Shown here one piece after another: positions 8,807-20,018 of a DNA stretch of 64,000 nt. Position numbers and translations under genes: made by a program. How positions within the stretch are numbered: position 1 is the first letter of the stretch; each line of letters opens with the position of its first letter. The stretch comes from an uncultured delta proteobacterium. Lineage in GTDB: Bacteria; Myxococcota_A; Polyangia; Polyangiales; Polyangiaceae. The stretch spans positions 1 to 64,000 of the forward strand of contig CAWKKR010000008.1 in NCBI GenBank assembly GCA_963850305.1. The letters are read 5' to 3'. Below the pieces are notes generated by a model that saw only the letters and a program-made list of their open reading frames with translations, had not been told where the DNA came from and searched no databases.

Positions 8807-11225
8807 TCACTCCTCCAGCCGGTACTGCCGCTCCACGATCGCCGCGGCGCTCGGGCCTCGCCAGTGCGGCGCGATCCAGCGCGGGCGCTGATCTTCCCAG
8901 CCTTGCTGCGCGCGGCGCCAGTGTCCCCGCACCATACACCGCCGCGTGAGCTCGTGCTCACGACCGCCGCGGCGTGCCTTCTTGAGCTGCTCGAGCGCCT
9001 TGATGTCGATCGTCCCAGGCAGATGGAACACGGTCTCCGACGTGAAGATCGGAACGTCGGGATCGTTCTTCGTCCTCGTCGCACCGGGCGTCATCTCGCG
9101 GACGTCGGCGTCTTTGCTCGTGGCATAGAGCACGGCGTTGAAGACCAGGCCAAGGAGATCGCGGAGCGGCGTGCTCTCGTAGATGGGCCGAACTCCCTCG
9201 TCCTCGTCGAGGCCAGCGACGCCGGGCGTGGCACCGGCGATGATCCGATCGACGCGTTCGCTGTCCAACAGCTCCAGCCGGCATGGGATCACCCGAGGCC
9301 GCGTGCCGTCGAGGACGTCGCCGACGATGGCGAGATCCAGAACGCGTGGTTCGTGTCCGCCGTTTTCGCCGGACGTCTGGGTCAAGTACACGGTGAGCAC
9401 CTGGAGCATCCGCCCTTGCCGGAGCTCGGCCGGGAGGCGGGAATCGGCTCGTTCCGCGAGACCGAGCGCGTAGCGGTCGGTGAAGACAAGGGCCATGCTC
9501 CGGAACGGCAGACGGACGGCTTCTCCGGTGACGTCGAGCTTCGTGGCGCCGAGCATCCAGGAGAGAGGCTCCCCGACCCAGAAGACCTTGCGCAGATGAA
9601 GCTCGAAGTTCGAAAACGCGAGCGTGACGTGCCGCGCGAACTCCGGGCTCGGACACGCGCGAACGAAGCGCTGGTAGGCGAGGTCTCCGGCGAGGTCCGC
9701 CTCCGAAACGACGCGATCGAGCCCGTTGGGCCCGGCTGCGCGGCGAGTGCGGACGCCGAGGTCGCGGGTGAGCGGCGCGAGCTCCGGGAAGTGACGAACG
9801 AGTGCCTCGTGCCCGAGGACCGGAGCCTGCTGGCGGAACACCGGGGCGTCCCTGTCGTCGCCCACGCCGAGTTCGTCCCACATCCAGGTCGGATTCGAAC
9901 GCCGCGTCGCCGCTCGACAGGGCCTTCTCGTACATCCCCTCGAGCTCCTTCAGCATCTGAACCACGCGTGCTCGGAGCCCGGGCGATGACGCCGTGTTCC
10001 GGGGGGTCTTTCCATCGAGGCGCGGCACCGCCTCGTCGAGCCAACGCTCGTAGTGCTCGGTGAGGTGCTGCTCGACGGCTGAGTTCCCTGCGTCACGCAG
10101 CTCGGGGGGAAGTCCCTCCGGCTGAGGCCGCCCACTTTCGCGCATCGCCTCCATCGCGCGTGCGACGTCCTCCGTTCGCGTGACGCGGAACTTCACGGCA
10201 TCACCCGCGAGCCGTTCGACCAGCTTGCGCCCGCGTTCTCCGCGCTCGACGGAGTTGGTCTGGAGCTCCAGCCGCTCGTCCCCCAGCTCGAACCACCCGT
10301 ATGTCACCGGCTCCTTCCGATCCTTCCCCTTCCCGGACCAGCCCCACCGCGGCAGTTGCCCCTCCGTCTCCACGCGTTCGAGGGATTTCGCGCCGTCGAG
10401 TGCCGTCAAGAGGGCCCCCCGGTCCCCGACGTCGAAGTAGACACGTGTGAGCACGACCTCATCGCCGTCGTAGTTCACCAGCGCGGGCATTTGCATGGGC
10501 GAGATCCACGCCCCGTGGATGTCCGGTACGAGCAGCGAGCACGACTGCTTCTCCGACAAATCTCCGTCCGCCGCGTCGTCCTCGAGAGAGTCACGCATGA
10601 CTTCGACGAGTGCCTCGGCTCGCGCCGGCGCAATGGGGAGGACGCCACCGTCCAGCACCGGATCACTCGGGACGACCCCGGCGGGCATGATGCGGGTCGC
10701 TAGGACGTCCCATCGGTGGATCTGCTCGGTCGCCGACCGCTCCGCGACACGGGTCTCCTTGCCGGTGATCAGGTCCCTCAGGGTCATGCCCACACCCGGT
10801 CGCACCTCGACGACCTGGTACACGCGCATCGTCGTCGCGCGCGCCAGCGTCAGGTAACGGCGCACCCCGGGGGCAACCCCTTGCGCGACGTCCAGGTAGG
10901 CATCCACGACGCGGCGGCCCGGCTCGTACTCGTAGTCGAAGAAGAGCCAGAAATCGAAGACGAGCTCGCTGATCGAGTCGACCCATGCGTCCTCGGTGAC
11001 GACCGTCTGCCCGGGGTCGACATCCGCCCAGAAGTCCTCCTCCGCCGTCGATACGATGCGCTCCCACCAGGGGCCATCGACGAGGCGATCGAGCTCAGCA
11101 AGCGCCAGGTCGCGCTCCTGTTTCGTGTACGTCGGGCAGGACGCGACCCCCGCGGCAAAGCAGCATTTCTTGAACTTCTTGCCCGAGCCGCACGGACACG
11201 GGTCGTTCCTTCCCGGACCGCTCAT
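8807..11225 (-). CDS. SEC-C motif protein (~800 aa) with DUF2384/MbcA-like segment and C-terminal VRGHW domain; frameshift near 9895
   Basis: N-terminal GRNDPCPCGSGKKFKKCC; WLDEAVPRLDGKTPR motif. Removing one base near 9895 gives AFDPTWMWDELG, joining ORF 8807..9883, which ends MVRGHWRR...WIAPHWRGP. Confidence 0.75.
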
Positions 11226-13945
11226 GGTTCCTCCTTCTCCGATCTCGGACCCGCGAATTCCCCGAGCAGACGCGCCATCCCCGAGAACAGCTCCATCAGT
11301 TGTTCCGCGGCCTCCGGCGGAGCATCGATGCGCACGCCGCCGTTCGCCGTTCGCTCGATCCTGAGACGACCGAAGAGCGAGCCGGGCGACCAGAGGGCGC
11401 GAGGCACGCCGGGGCTGGAGCCGGACTCCGCGTCGGCAGCGTCGTTCGGCGGGGGCAACCGTGCGGGCGCGGGGGGCGAGCTCGGCGCGGCGAGATCGTC
11501 GGCGAGCGCGCCCTCGGCTTTCGCCGTCGCGGTCGCGGCCTCGGACGTCACGGGTACTTCGTCGTCACCGGCGGCGTCGTCCGCGTCGAGCGCCGGCGGC
11601 GCCTCGGGCATCGCGTCGATTTGCACCAGCCTCTCGACGCTGCTCAGGAACGACGCGCTGCCCTGGAACTGGATCTCGTCGCTCGTTCCGTCGAAGAGAC
11701 CCGAGAACAGCGCCTGTTTCGTGCCGACGACGTTCGCGATGCGCGCCTCGATGCCGTACTCGCTGACGAGGTTATAGACGTCGATCGGATCCTTCTGCCC
11801 CAGGCGATAGATCCGACCGATGCGCTGCTCCAAGACCGCCGGGTTCCACGGGAGCTCGAGGTTGATGCACGCGTTCGCGGCGCGCTGCAGGTTGAGACCA
11901 ACGCCCCCCGCGTCGCTGAGAAAGAGGATGGACACGGCCGGGTCGTCGTGAAAATCGACGATGCTGCGAGTCCGCTGCGCGGGCCGCTCCGCGCCGGTGA
12001 AGAAGGCGGCCCTCGCGCCAGTCCGCCCGAGAACGTCCCGCAGGCTCCATTCCGCGAGGCGGAGCATGCGGCGCCACTGGCTGAACACGACGACCTTGCG
12101 CCCCTGCTCGACGACGAGATCCTGAACGAGGCGACGGAGCTCCCCGAGCTTCGGCGCAAAGAGCCCATCGATCAACGCGGGATCGGGAGCGGCATTCTTG
12201 TACGCGGACCACATCTCCTCGAACCTCAGCTGGCCGAGGCCGTTCGAGATGATGCGCTGCTGGGTGAGGAGCGCCATGAGCCTCAGGAATTCCGGCTGCG
12301 TCAGCGGCCGCCTCTTCGACGTTGCGATGAGGCGCGCGATCGGATCGTTCAGATCGTCGTGCTCGCTGCGTTGCTGGGGCGTCATCTCCACCGGAACTCG
12401 CGTGTCCGTGCGAGACGGCAGCTGCGCGAGGACTTCCCGGCGCACTCGACGCACCACACATGGGGCGAAGCGCGCGCGGAGCGTGTCCAGATTCCGCGCG
12501 CCCGCCCGACCGCCCGCCGAGGCGTCCCCGGACCAGGACGTGTGCCACGGGACCAGTCGCCACTTCGGCGCCAGGGCGAGGTCATCGACCCAGTCGAGGA
12601 TCGATGCGAGCTCCTCGAGCCGGTTCTCCATCGGGGTGCCGGTGAGCACAAGACGGAAGCGCGGATCGAGCGACTTGACGTACACCGCCGACTTCGTCGC
12701 GTAGTTCTTGATCCGCTGCGCCTCGTCGAGCACGACAAACTCCGGCGACAAGCGGTGGATGTGCTCGATGTCGCGGAGCAGCTGCTCGTAGCCCACGATA
12801 AGGAAACCCGCGTGCAGCTTGCGGTACTGATCTCTCCGTTCCTCCGGAATCCCTTCCACCACGGTGGCGGGAACGTCCGACGTCTGCTCCCACTCGCGCA
12901 GCCACTGCGATTTCAAGGCGGCCGGCACGACGAGGAGCCCGCGACGGATTCGCCCCGATTCGAAGAGCGCGTGCGCGGCGGCAATCGCCTGCGTCGTCTT
13001 GCCGAGACCCATGTCGTCGGCGAGCAGGAGCCGTCCCGCCTCAAGGAAGCGGGTGAGCCCCTCCATCTGGTAGGGGTAGAGCTTCCGCTTCAACGTTCGC
13101 GCGTATCGGAGCGTCTCCCGTACCGCGGAACCGTTCTCCACCCGCCGCATGGCACGGTCCAGCTCGTCCCGGACGATCGCGCGCGCCGCTGGCGTTGCGT
13201 CCAGCCCGCCCGTGCGCCCCTGCATGGCAGCCTCCAAGGACACGAGCACCTCGCTGCGTGCCGCCGGCGTTCGGAGCTTCCTCGCGTCGAGCCGCCCCTT
13301 CACGAACAGCCGCTGGAAACGCTCTTCTTTCCCCGCGCCACGGCCTGCGCCGCCGTCGGCGTCGACCAGCTCTAGCCCCAGGAGGCGGTCTATCGACCCG
13401 GTGAGCGGAACACCTGGATCCCACGCGAGCTTCAGCCTCTTCGTTCGCGAGGCCACTTCGGACGACCCTGCCGCCCGCCGCCGAGGATTCGCGTACACGT
13501 CATCGAGTACGACGAGCAGGTGCTTGCAGAGCCCGAGCGAGCTCCGGATAAAGTCCGGGCAATCGCAGTTTCCCCGCGGGGGCGAAAGGGCCTCTAGAAC
13601 CGTCGCGTAGGGACGCGGGTCGCCCGCACGCCGATTGCGGCGATCCGGCGTCTGCGTTCGTTTGCCTCGACCGCCAGACGATCGACCCGTCGCATAGACT
13701 CCGAACACCCGCCCGCCCTTCGGTCGCGCCGAGACGACGAGACCGTCGCGCCTGGCGAACTGCCAGCGCCGTACCAGCGCTTCGACCGCAGCCGCTTGCA
13801 CCGGAAAGTCTGCACCTGGGGTGAACGCGAGCACGTGCTCGACCACCTCGGCGCCCGGGAACGCACCGAAGGAGCGGCGACTCAGCTCGAACAGCGTCTG
13901 GCGGGTTTCGTCCTGATCTGGAGTCCGAGGCGGCGGCATGGGCAT
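11222..13945 (-). CDS. SWIM zinc finger SNF2-family helicase
   Basis: SWIM CDCPDF...CKH; LLADDMGLGKT, VLDEAQRIKN, LTGTPMEN, KVVVFSQW, DAGGVGLNLQ, LPWNPAVLEQRIGRIYRLGQ; ATGA overlap with the SEC-C gene. Confidence 0.95.
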   Translation of the reverse strand: MPMPPPRTPDQDETRQTLFELSRRSFGAFPGAEVVEHVLAFTPGADFPVQAAAVEALVRRWQFARRDGLVVSARPKGGRVFGVYATGRSSGGRGKRTQTPDRRNRRAGDPRPYATVLEALSPPRGNCDCPDFIRSSLGLCKHLLVVLDDVYANPRRRAAGSSEVASRTKRLKLAWDPGVPLTGSIDRLLGLELVDADGGAGRGAGKEERFQRLFVKGRLDARKLRTPAARSEVLVSLEAAMQGRTGGLDATPAARAIVRDELDRAMRRVENGSAVRETLRYARTLKRKLYPYQMEGLTRFLEAGRLLLADDMGLGKTTQAIAAAHALFESGRIRRGLLVVPAALKSQWLREWEQTSDVPATVVEGIPEERRDQYRKLHAGFLIVGYEQLLRDIEHIHRLSPEFVVLDEAQRIKNYATKSAVYVKSLDPRFRLVLTGTPMENRLEELASILDWVDDLALAPKWRLVPWHTSWSGDASAGGRAGARNLDTLRARFAPCVVRRVRREVLAQLPSRTDTRVPVEMTPQQRSEHDDLNDPIARLIATSKRRPLTQPEFLRLMALLTQQRIISNGLGQLRFEEMWSAYKNAAPDPALIDGLFAPKLGELRRLVQDLVVEQGRKVVVFSQWRRMLRLAEWSLRDVLGRTGARAAFFTGAERPAQRTRSIVDFHDDPAVSILFLSDAGGVGLNLQRAANACINLELPWNPAVLEQRIGRIYRLGQKDPIDVYNLVSEYGIEARIANVVGTKQALFSGLFDGTSDEIQFQGSASFLSSVERLVQIDAMPEAPPALDADDAAGDDEVPVTSEAATATAKAEGALADDLAAPSSPPAPARLPPPNDAADAESGSSPGVPRALWSPGSLFGRLRIERTANGGVRIDAPPEAAEQLMELFSGMARLLGEFAGPRSEKEEP

Positions 13946-14567
13946 CGCGTCCGGACTACGATCACCACGGTCCGCGGAGAAGTCCAGTCAGCGTCCTCCT
14001 GGAAACTCGTCGCGCCGTGACACCCGCTCGCGCGGCGGGTCCATCGGGGCGGGCGCGATGAGTTTTCAGAACAGGTCGCCCGTAGCCTCGGCGACCTCCT
14101 CGGTGAGTTCGTGTTTCGTCGCTCGTGAGCGGGCTAGCCGTCGACCGGTACCGGCGGGACGCCTCGCGTCGTCAGCGCGAAAACGTGCTCGTCGTCGAAC
14201 CGGTAGCCTTCGATGCCAACACTTGGACGGAGGCCCACGATGATGAAACCAGGCAGCACGGCGATGTATGACTATCGAACCTCGTCTAGGAGCGACATGC
14301 GCGATGAGGGCCATTCGCCGTCCACGCGCCATGCTGTGATCCCCGGCTCCCTTCGGCTCGGCGCGGTTATCTCGACCGACGTAGCCGAGAAGCTCCCGTT
14401 CGAGCTGAGTCTCCCGAATGGCCGAACGCTACGAGGTCGGATCGCGCTGCGAGTCGTCATGCTCGGGTCGATGATCAAGGTATACCCGTCCGTGGTCATT
14501 CTTGGCGTGAGACGCCTGCCGGTTGACCTGTACAGGGAACGGCGGAGGGATGAGCGTCCCAGGAGGA

Positions 14568-15300
14568 TCACTCCTCGCCGCGTCCCTCCCGGTGGAGCAC
14601 GGTCATCATCCCCCGGTGTAGCTCGGCCCGGACATCTGCAACCCCTTCGTGCTTCAGTCGCTCCTGGAAGTGCTTCGAGGCGAACCTCATCCGGGCGTTC
14701 TTCGCGATGACCTGGATTGCCGACATCCGGACGTCCTCGTGCGGATCGTCAATCATCATCGACCAGAACTCGTCCTCGGGCTTCGAGATGAGTGCTCCGA
14801 CGGCGATAGCTGCCTCTCGCGTCGTCGGCACAGTGTTCGACGCCCAACGGTCACGGATTGCCCGGAGCATGTCCGTCGGGATGCCCCGTGCCTTGTGGAC
14901 AGCCTCGACGAACCTGGTGAGTCTCTCCGGCTCGACGTGAGGTCGGTCCACGACGTCTTGGAGGATGTCGTCGGTGAGGAGCGGGGCGAAAGCTGAGCCC
15001 GCGAGCACGTCGATGGCAACCTGACGCAGCTCGGTTCCCGACCCCGAGTCCCTGACGGCTTCGAGAGTCGCCACGAAGACGGCCTCGTCGTAGACCTCCC
15101 CAAGCCGGAACTGGGCTGCACACCATCGCTTCGGCGTGGTCTCCCGTACCCACCGCCAGATGGCAATGGGCGTCCCATGAGGGACGGGGAGGTTCTCTTC
15201 CAGGGCAGCCACAAGAGCTGCACAGGCGGCTTCCGAAGACCGGGTGAGTTGTTCGGGTCGGAGAGGACTTCGAGGGCGTGGGCCAGGAGATTCATCGAAT
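14568..15300 (-). CDS. HEAT/alpha-solenoid-like hypothetical protein (start uncertain, possible frameshift near 15230)
   Basis: DDPHEDVRMSAIQVIA and EGVADVRAELHRG are HEAT-like motifs. Confidence 0.45.
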
Positions 15301-15705
15301 GAGGGTACGTCTCCTCGACCGCAAGGTTCAACTTCGGGCGCGTTGAAGTTGATTGCGAGCGAGCCGAGACGTATCCCGCGCGTGAACACGACTTCCTCCA
15401 CGAACAAGTCCCAGACCAAGACGACTTCGAAGACCAACGGTCGTCCGCCGAGGATCATTCGGAGCAGCCGGCGGCTCACACGCTGCGAGTCCCGCCACAA
15501 CGGCACCGACGCCGGACAGGAAGCCGGTGACGGTCATGCTCAACGAGCAGCTCCACCGGAAGGTGAAAGATCACGGCCGAGCTGAGCTGGACCTCGCTCT
15601 TCGACCTCATCGAGGCACAGGTCAAGGTCATCCGTGCAAGGAACGGCTGCCGGGGCTACTCGCGGGCTTCGACACCGACTCGTGAGCGCACGAGGAGCCA
15701 GCCCC

Positions 15706-16104
15706 ATGGCCGAGCCGAATCAAGCCCACGAAGCGATGCTCCGACGACATCGCTCGGCGTTGGTTCGGTTCGCCTCGGCCTCGAAGCTACCTCCGGAGAA
15801 GATGGCGTTCGTCGTCGCCGACCCGAACTTGAATCTCGGCCGAGCGACAAAGCAGTCGGGGATCATCGCGACCGACCGGGCCTCGATTGTGATCCCCGTC
15901 TCGGTGGACGACCTCCCGAGGTTCGCCGAAGTTGTCGGCGCGAGCGAGGTCGAGCAGCTCCGAGTTGAGCACGGTGCTGTTCCCATTCTCGTCATCGATG
16001 CCGATGATCAACCCGCCGTCGTCTGGGAGCGTCTACTACCGCCGCAACGGAGTGACGCTCAGAACCGGTCGATTATCCTTTCGGGTGTTCGAGATTGCGG
16101 GTAG
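15706..16104 (+). CDS. Hypothetical protein
   Basis: gagga RBS-like sequence before the ATG; globular-looking composition. Confidence 0.4.
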   Translation: MAEPNQAHEAMLRRHRSALVRFASASKLPPEKMAFVVADPNLNLGRATKQSGIIATDRASIVIPVSVDDLPRFAEVVGASEVEQLRVEHGAVPILVIDADDQPAVVWERLLPPQRSDAQNRSIILSGVRDCG

Positions 16105-16299
16105 GGGCTGTTTCAAGTCGGCACATGCTCTTCAGCGGGAGAGCTGTCGAAATCGGAAGAATGACCCCCGGGGGCCTGAAAGGGGACCCGTTCGAATAGG
16201 GCGCGGACCTCGAAATGTTGTGCGGCGGAGAATTTTGCCGGAATCCAGGGGAAACGGCCGCTGGCAACTCGTCCAGCTCGATCCCAGAGTTCTTGGCGA

Positions 16300-17504
16300 G
16301 GGCTCTTTACCGGGGTCACTTCACGCAGAGGTAATACGCTCCCGGGAAGATTGTCTGGTCCGGCGTGTAACTCACCTTCTGGCCTCCGGGGAATTGCATT
16401 CCGAGGTAAGCCCCGAGCTGTTGAGGCATCGGGGTAGAGGTGGCCACGTTGAGGAGGGTAAGATCCGACCACGAATTTCTCGAACCAGGAGAACCCGTCC
16501 ACCACGGACGCTGTGGAGTCAGTGGTCGTGTCCCGGACCTTGAGCATCTCGGTGAAGGTCGCCAGGTGAAAAGCTCCCTGCGAGTTACACGGGGAGGTGG
16601 TCTCCGCCCCGGTGGTCGGGTGAACCAAGGCCCACGAGTTCGTCGCGTCCGTCCAGCGGATGACGTCGTTCGTGACCGAGAGGTTCTGCCCCTGGTACTT
16701 CCGGCAATCGACGTTGGCGTAGGAACCCTCGGGATTACACCCGAAGTTGCAGATGTCGTTCAGGATGAGCTTCCCGAGAGGACCGCACACGAGCCAGTTG
16801 TCGTTGAAGCAAGCGCTCACCGTGCCCTGGCAGAGGTCACCGACCTTAGGATCGAGGACCCGCATCACCTGGACCGGCATCACTGGTTGTCCCGCCCGTG
16901 GAGGCCGCTCCACCTGTCGAGGATGTCCCTCCAGTTCCGATTAAGTCTCCCGTCGATGTCGTTCCTCCACCGCCAGTGGATCCGCCCGTAGAGGAGGTTC
17001 CCCCCGCTGATGATGACCCTCCGCTGTTCGTCGCGCCGCCCGTTCCCGTAGACCCTCCTGTGGCGCTTCCACCGCCTGTCGAAGTGGCTCCTCCCGTGCT
17101 GACGACACCGCCGGAACCGGAGCCCCCGGTGTTCGTCATGCCGCCGGATCCTGTCGAGCCTCCCGTCGATCCGACGCCGCCTCCCGAGGACGACTCTCCA
17201 CCCGTCGATGCGTCGGGATTGCTGCCTCCGGTCCCCCAGGCGATGCATCGAGGTCGAGGGTGCCTCCCGTGCCTGTTGTCGTGCCACCGGAACCCGTTCC
17301 ACCAGCTTGCTGCGTGCCTCCGGATGACGTCGTGACACCTCCCGAACTTGGGGAGCCGCCGGATGCCGACGTGGAACCACCGGATACGCCTGCATCGACC
17401 CCACCGGCAGAAGAACCGCCGCCCCCGCCGCCTCCGAACGGGCTGCCGTCAGAGCTGCCACACGCGGTCACCAGCACAGCAAGAGCAAGCCCGAAGCGAC
17501 GCAT
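16300..17504 (-). pseudogene. Gly/Thr/Ser-rich lipoprotein with Cys-rich C-terminal domain, multiply frameshifted (3' end uncertain)
   Basis: MRRFGLALAVLVTACG lipobox; GGSTG repeats split over ORFs 17136 and 16846; Cys-containing domain in ORF 16113. Confidence 0.65.
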
Positions 17505-17635
17505 CAGCAGATTCCCGCCTCGCGCAGAACACGGAGGCAACCTGAAAAGCTACGTCCGGCCTGACGATCTCTCAACGCAAAACGCGCTAATCGAGTGGGC
17601 TCTATTCGGGTGCGAGTAGGGACCACAGTGGTTCC

Positions 17636-17940
17636 GTGGACTTCGCCACGGTGCTCCAGCGGCTCGGGCGGAACCTTCAGCGGGCTCGCTGGAGGAAAAG
17701 CATGACGCAGCAGCAGGTCGCTGCCGAAGGGCTGACGTACCCTACCTCCAGGAGCTTGAGCGTGGGCAGCGAAACCCCTCGCTCAAGATGCTCCGCGACC
17801 TCGCCGACATCCTCGACGTCCGCGTCGTCGATTTACTCGACGTCGGTGAGCGGAAGGCCGCGATCGAGCTGTCGGAGCTGGACGTGAAGCCGCCTCCGAG
17901 GGGCCGGAAGCCGAAGCCGAAGAAGCGGTATCATCGGTGA
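17636..17940 (+). CDS. XRE-family HTH regulator (frameshift near 17741)
   Basis: LGRNLQRARWRKSMTQQQVA, then in a shifted frame YLQELERGQRNPSLKMLRDLADILDV. Confidence 0.8.
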
Positions 17941-18079
17941 CGTCGGCTTGCTCGAGGTGCGTCAACTCGGCCTCTGGAACCCCAAACCAGGGGGCCGATG
18001 TCCGAGAAGACACCTACCCGGACATCCGCGCTCGGGGTTTTTGGGTTGAATCGGAGCAGCCCGCGAACGTAGTCCCGCT

Positions 18080-18900
18080 CATGGGAAGTTTACCTTGCAT
18101 CCAGGGCGCGCACGGCGACGCCGAGACCATCGCCCTCTGGCTCACCGGCAGGCTCGAGAGCACGCGGCGCGCCTATTCGGCGGACGTTCGTCAGTTCCTC
18201 GGCCGCGCCGGCAAGGCCCTCGGCCGACCTGAGCCCCGCCGACGTCATCCGGGCCGCATCGGGGCCGCGCGGGACTGCTGCTGTGAAGAGCCTCATCTCG
18301 TTCGCGTCGAAGATCGGCGATCGAGGAGGACGTCGGCAAGGTGGTGCGGACGCCGCGCGTCCCTCGCCGTCTCCACGAACGGGTGCTTTCGGAGAATGAA
18401 GTCGAACTGTGACCGCGAGGCCGCGCCTGGTCGCAACTGAGGGTTCGTTCGCTTGCTCGACTACGCGGGCTACGGTGGCCGAGGCTGTCAGGCTCCGGTG
18501 GATTGACGTCGGCGCGAACGTCGTCCACGTGCTGGGAAAGGGGAGCAGGTCGCGCTCCGTCGGTATTCCGGCGTCGGTGGTTGCGGAGCTCCGCACCCTC
18601 CGAGGGAAGACAGACAATGAGCAGGCCGCGGTGTTCAGGGGGCGCGCCGGCGGCCACATCACCGATCGGCAGGCGCGTCGCATCGTATGCTGCGCGGGGC
18701 TCGAAGCGCTCGGTAGGTCGATCTCGCCGCACGTGCTGCGGCACAGCCACGCCACGAAAGCTCGAAGGCGTAGTACCGCAGTGGGCCAGCAGACGCTCGC
18801 CACGCGCGCGACTGTGGCGCGTACCTGCATTCCACGGGAGCGGCTCCGCGGCCTACCTGGGTCGGCAACGCGCATAGAAGTGTCCCCGCCGAGCGTTTGA
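18080..18900 (+). pseudogene. Tyrosine recombinase/integrase, degraded
   Basis: STRRAYSADVRQFL (SAM-like domain), VHVLGKGSRSRSV (catalytic K), SPHVLRHSHAT (HxLRH); several frameshifts. Confidence 0.8.
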
Positions 18901-18975
18901 TTCTGAGGCTGCACCTCAGCGCATCGTTTGGCCGTCTCGGCGGGCGCGGAACGCCGACCGTCGCTTGCGTGCCCA

Positions 18976-20018
18976 TCAGGTTCGCGGCTCTTGAGTTAGC
19001 CGCAGCGCGTGATTCACATGCGAAACGGAATACGGGCGTTCGAGTTCTGAAGGCGCTCGCCATCGTTCCTCGTCGAGCCAGCCCTGGAGGGATTCTGTCG
19101 TCCCCGAGCCGACTGTCGTTCGCCGCAAGCCGGAGCAGGGCGAGCGTCGCTAGTCTGTCTATCCCGTCGAGCATGTCCTCCGTGGCGCCTCTCCGTCTCT
19201 TCCCCCCGTGGACCACGCCACTCCGAACGTCATAGAAACGTTTGATGGCCTTGCACACGGTGGACCGAGTAGTCGGGTCAGTCGAAAGCAGAAGCGCCAT
19301 CCGCTCCGAAAGGCACCGCGCCAGGGATTCCTTGTCGGAAAACGTCAAGAGCGATTCCAAAGCGATAGAGGTCTTCACAACGGCCGCCTCGAATCGCGGC
19401 CCGCAACGGGATTCGACGAGGCAGTCGACGCGAGGCGCAGGCGTCGGACGAGGGCGGTATCCAGAAGGCACCCCTGATAGGGCTTGTCGAACCCAACACG
19501 AGCGACCCTCGTTGTCAGTGATGTCGATATAGTGACGGCACTGCCGTCCGGCGTTGCGTTGGTCGTCGATCTGATGGTCATGCAGTCGGCCGATCGGATC
19601 AGCCCGATCTGATCGTGCCGGTGGGGCGCGATTCCCAGACGGCGGAGAAAAGCTGCCTTCTTCGTCGCAAGGCTCTCGGCGAGCAGGGTCACCTGCTCAG
19701 CGATATCGGCCGCGTTGGCCGCCCTCGAAGAGATCTCCCTTGGCGTGCCGGTAAGCGAGATTCAATCACCGTCTGACCCGCCAGTGCTTCGATGCGCCGG
19801 TAGTAGAAATCGATCCGACGACGGATCCGCAGGAAAACATTCTTCTTCGTGATGGAGTGCAAGAACCGATCGCACTCCTCTTGGCTCATTAGGTAGATGC
19901 GCGTCGCTTGGGACAGAGAGAGTGGCGTCTCGGCACGCAATCGCGAAGTCGTTCTCAGGTAGAGCGAAGGCGGTGGCATCGCTGGGAACCGTAACGAGGT
20001 TTGGCGCTGATGGCTCAT
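18976..20018 (-). pseudogene. HEPN (ApeA-like) domain protein, frameshifted
   Basis: IALESLL...LSERMALLL...IKRFYDVRSGVVHGG carries the Rx4H HEPN motif; ATG overlaps the helicase stop at 20015-20018. Confidence 0.7.

Noticed and set aside
11300..13375. Long antisense ORFs (also 8750, 30459, 42027, 43717)
   Set aside because: High-GC shadow frames opposite genes with clear motifs.
14066..14560. Small ORFs between the SNF2 and HEAT-like genes
   Set aside because: No recognisable motifs or consistent coding frame.
16130..16270. Phage cos/packaging-like non-coding stretch
   Set aside because: Only a vague resemblance; no terminase or other phage genes nearby.
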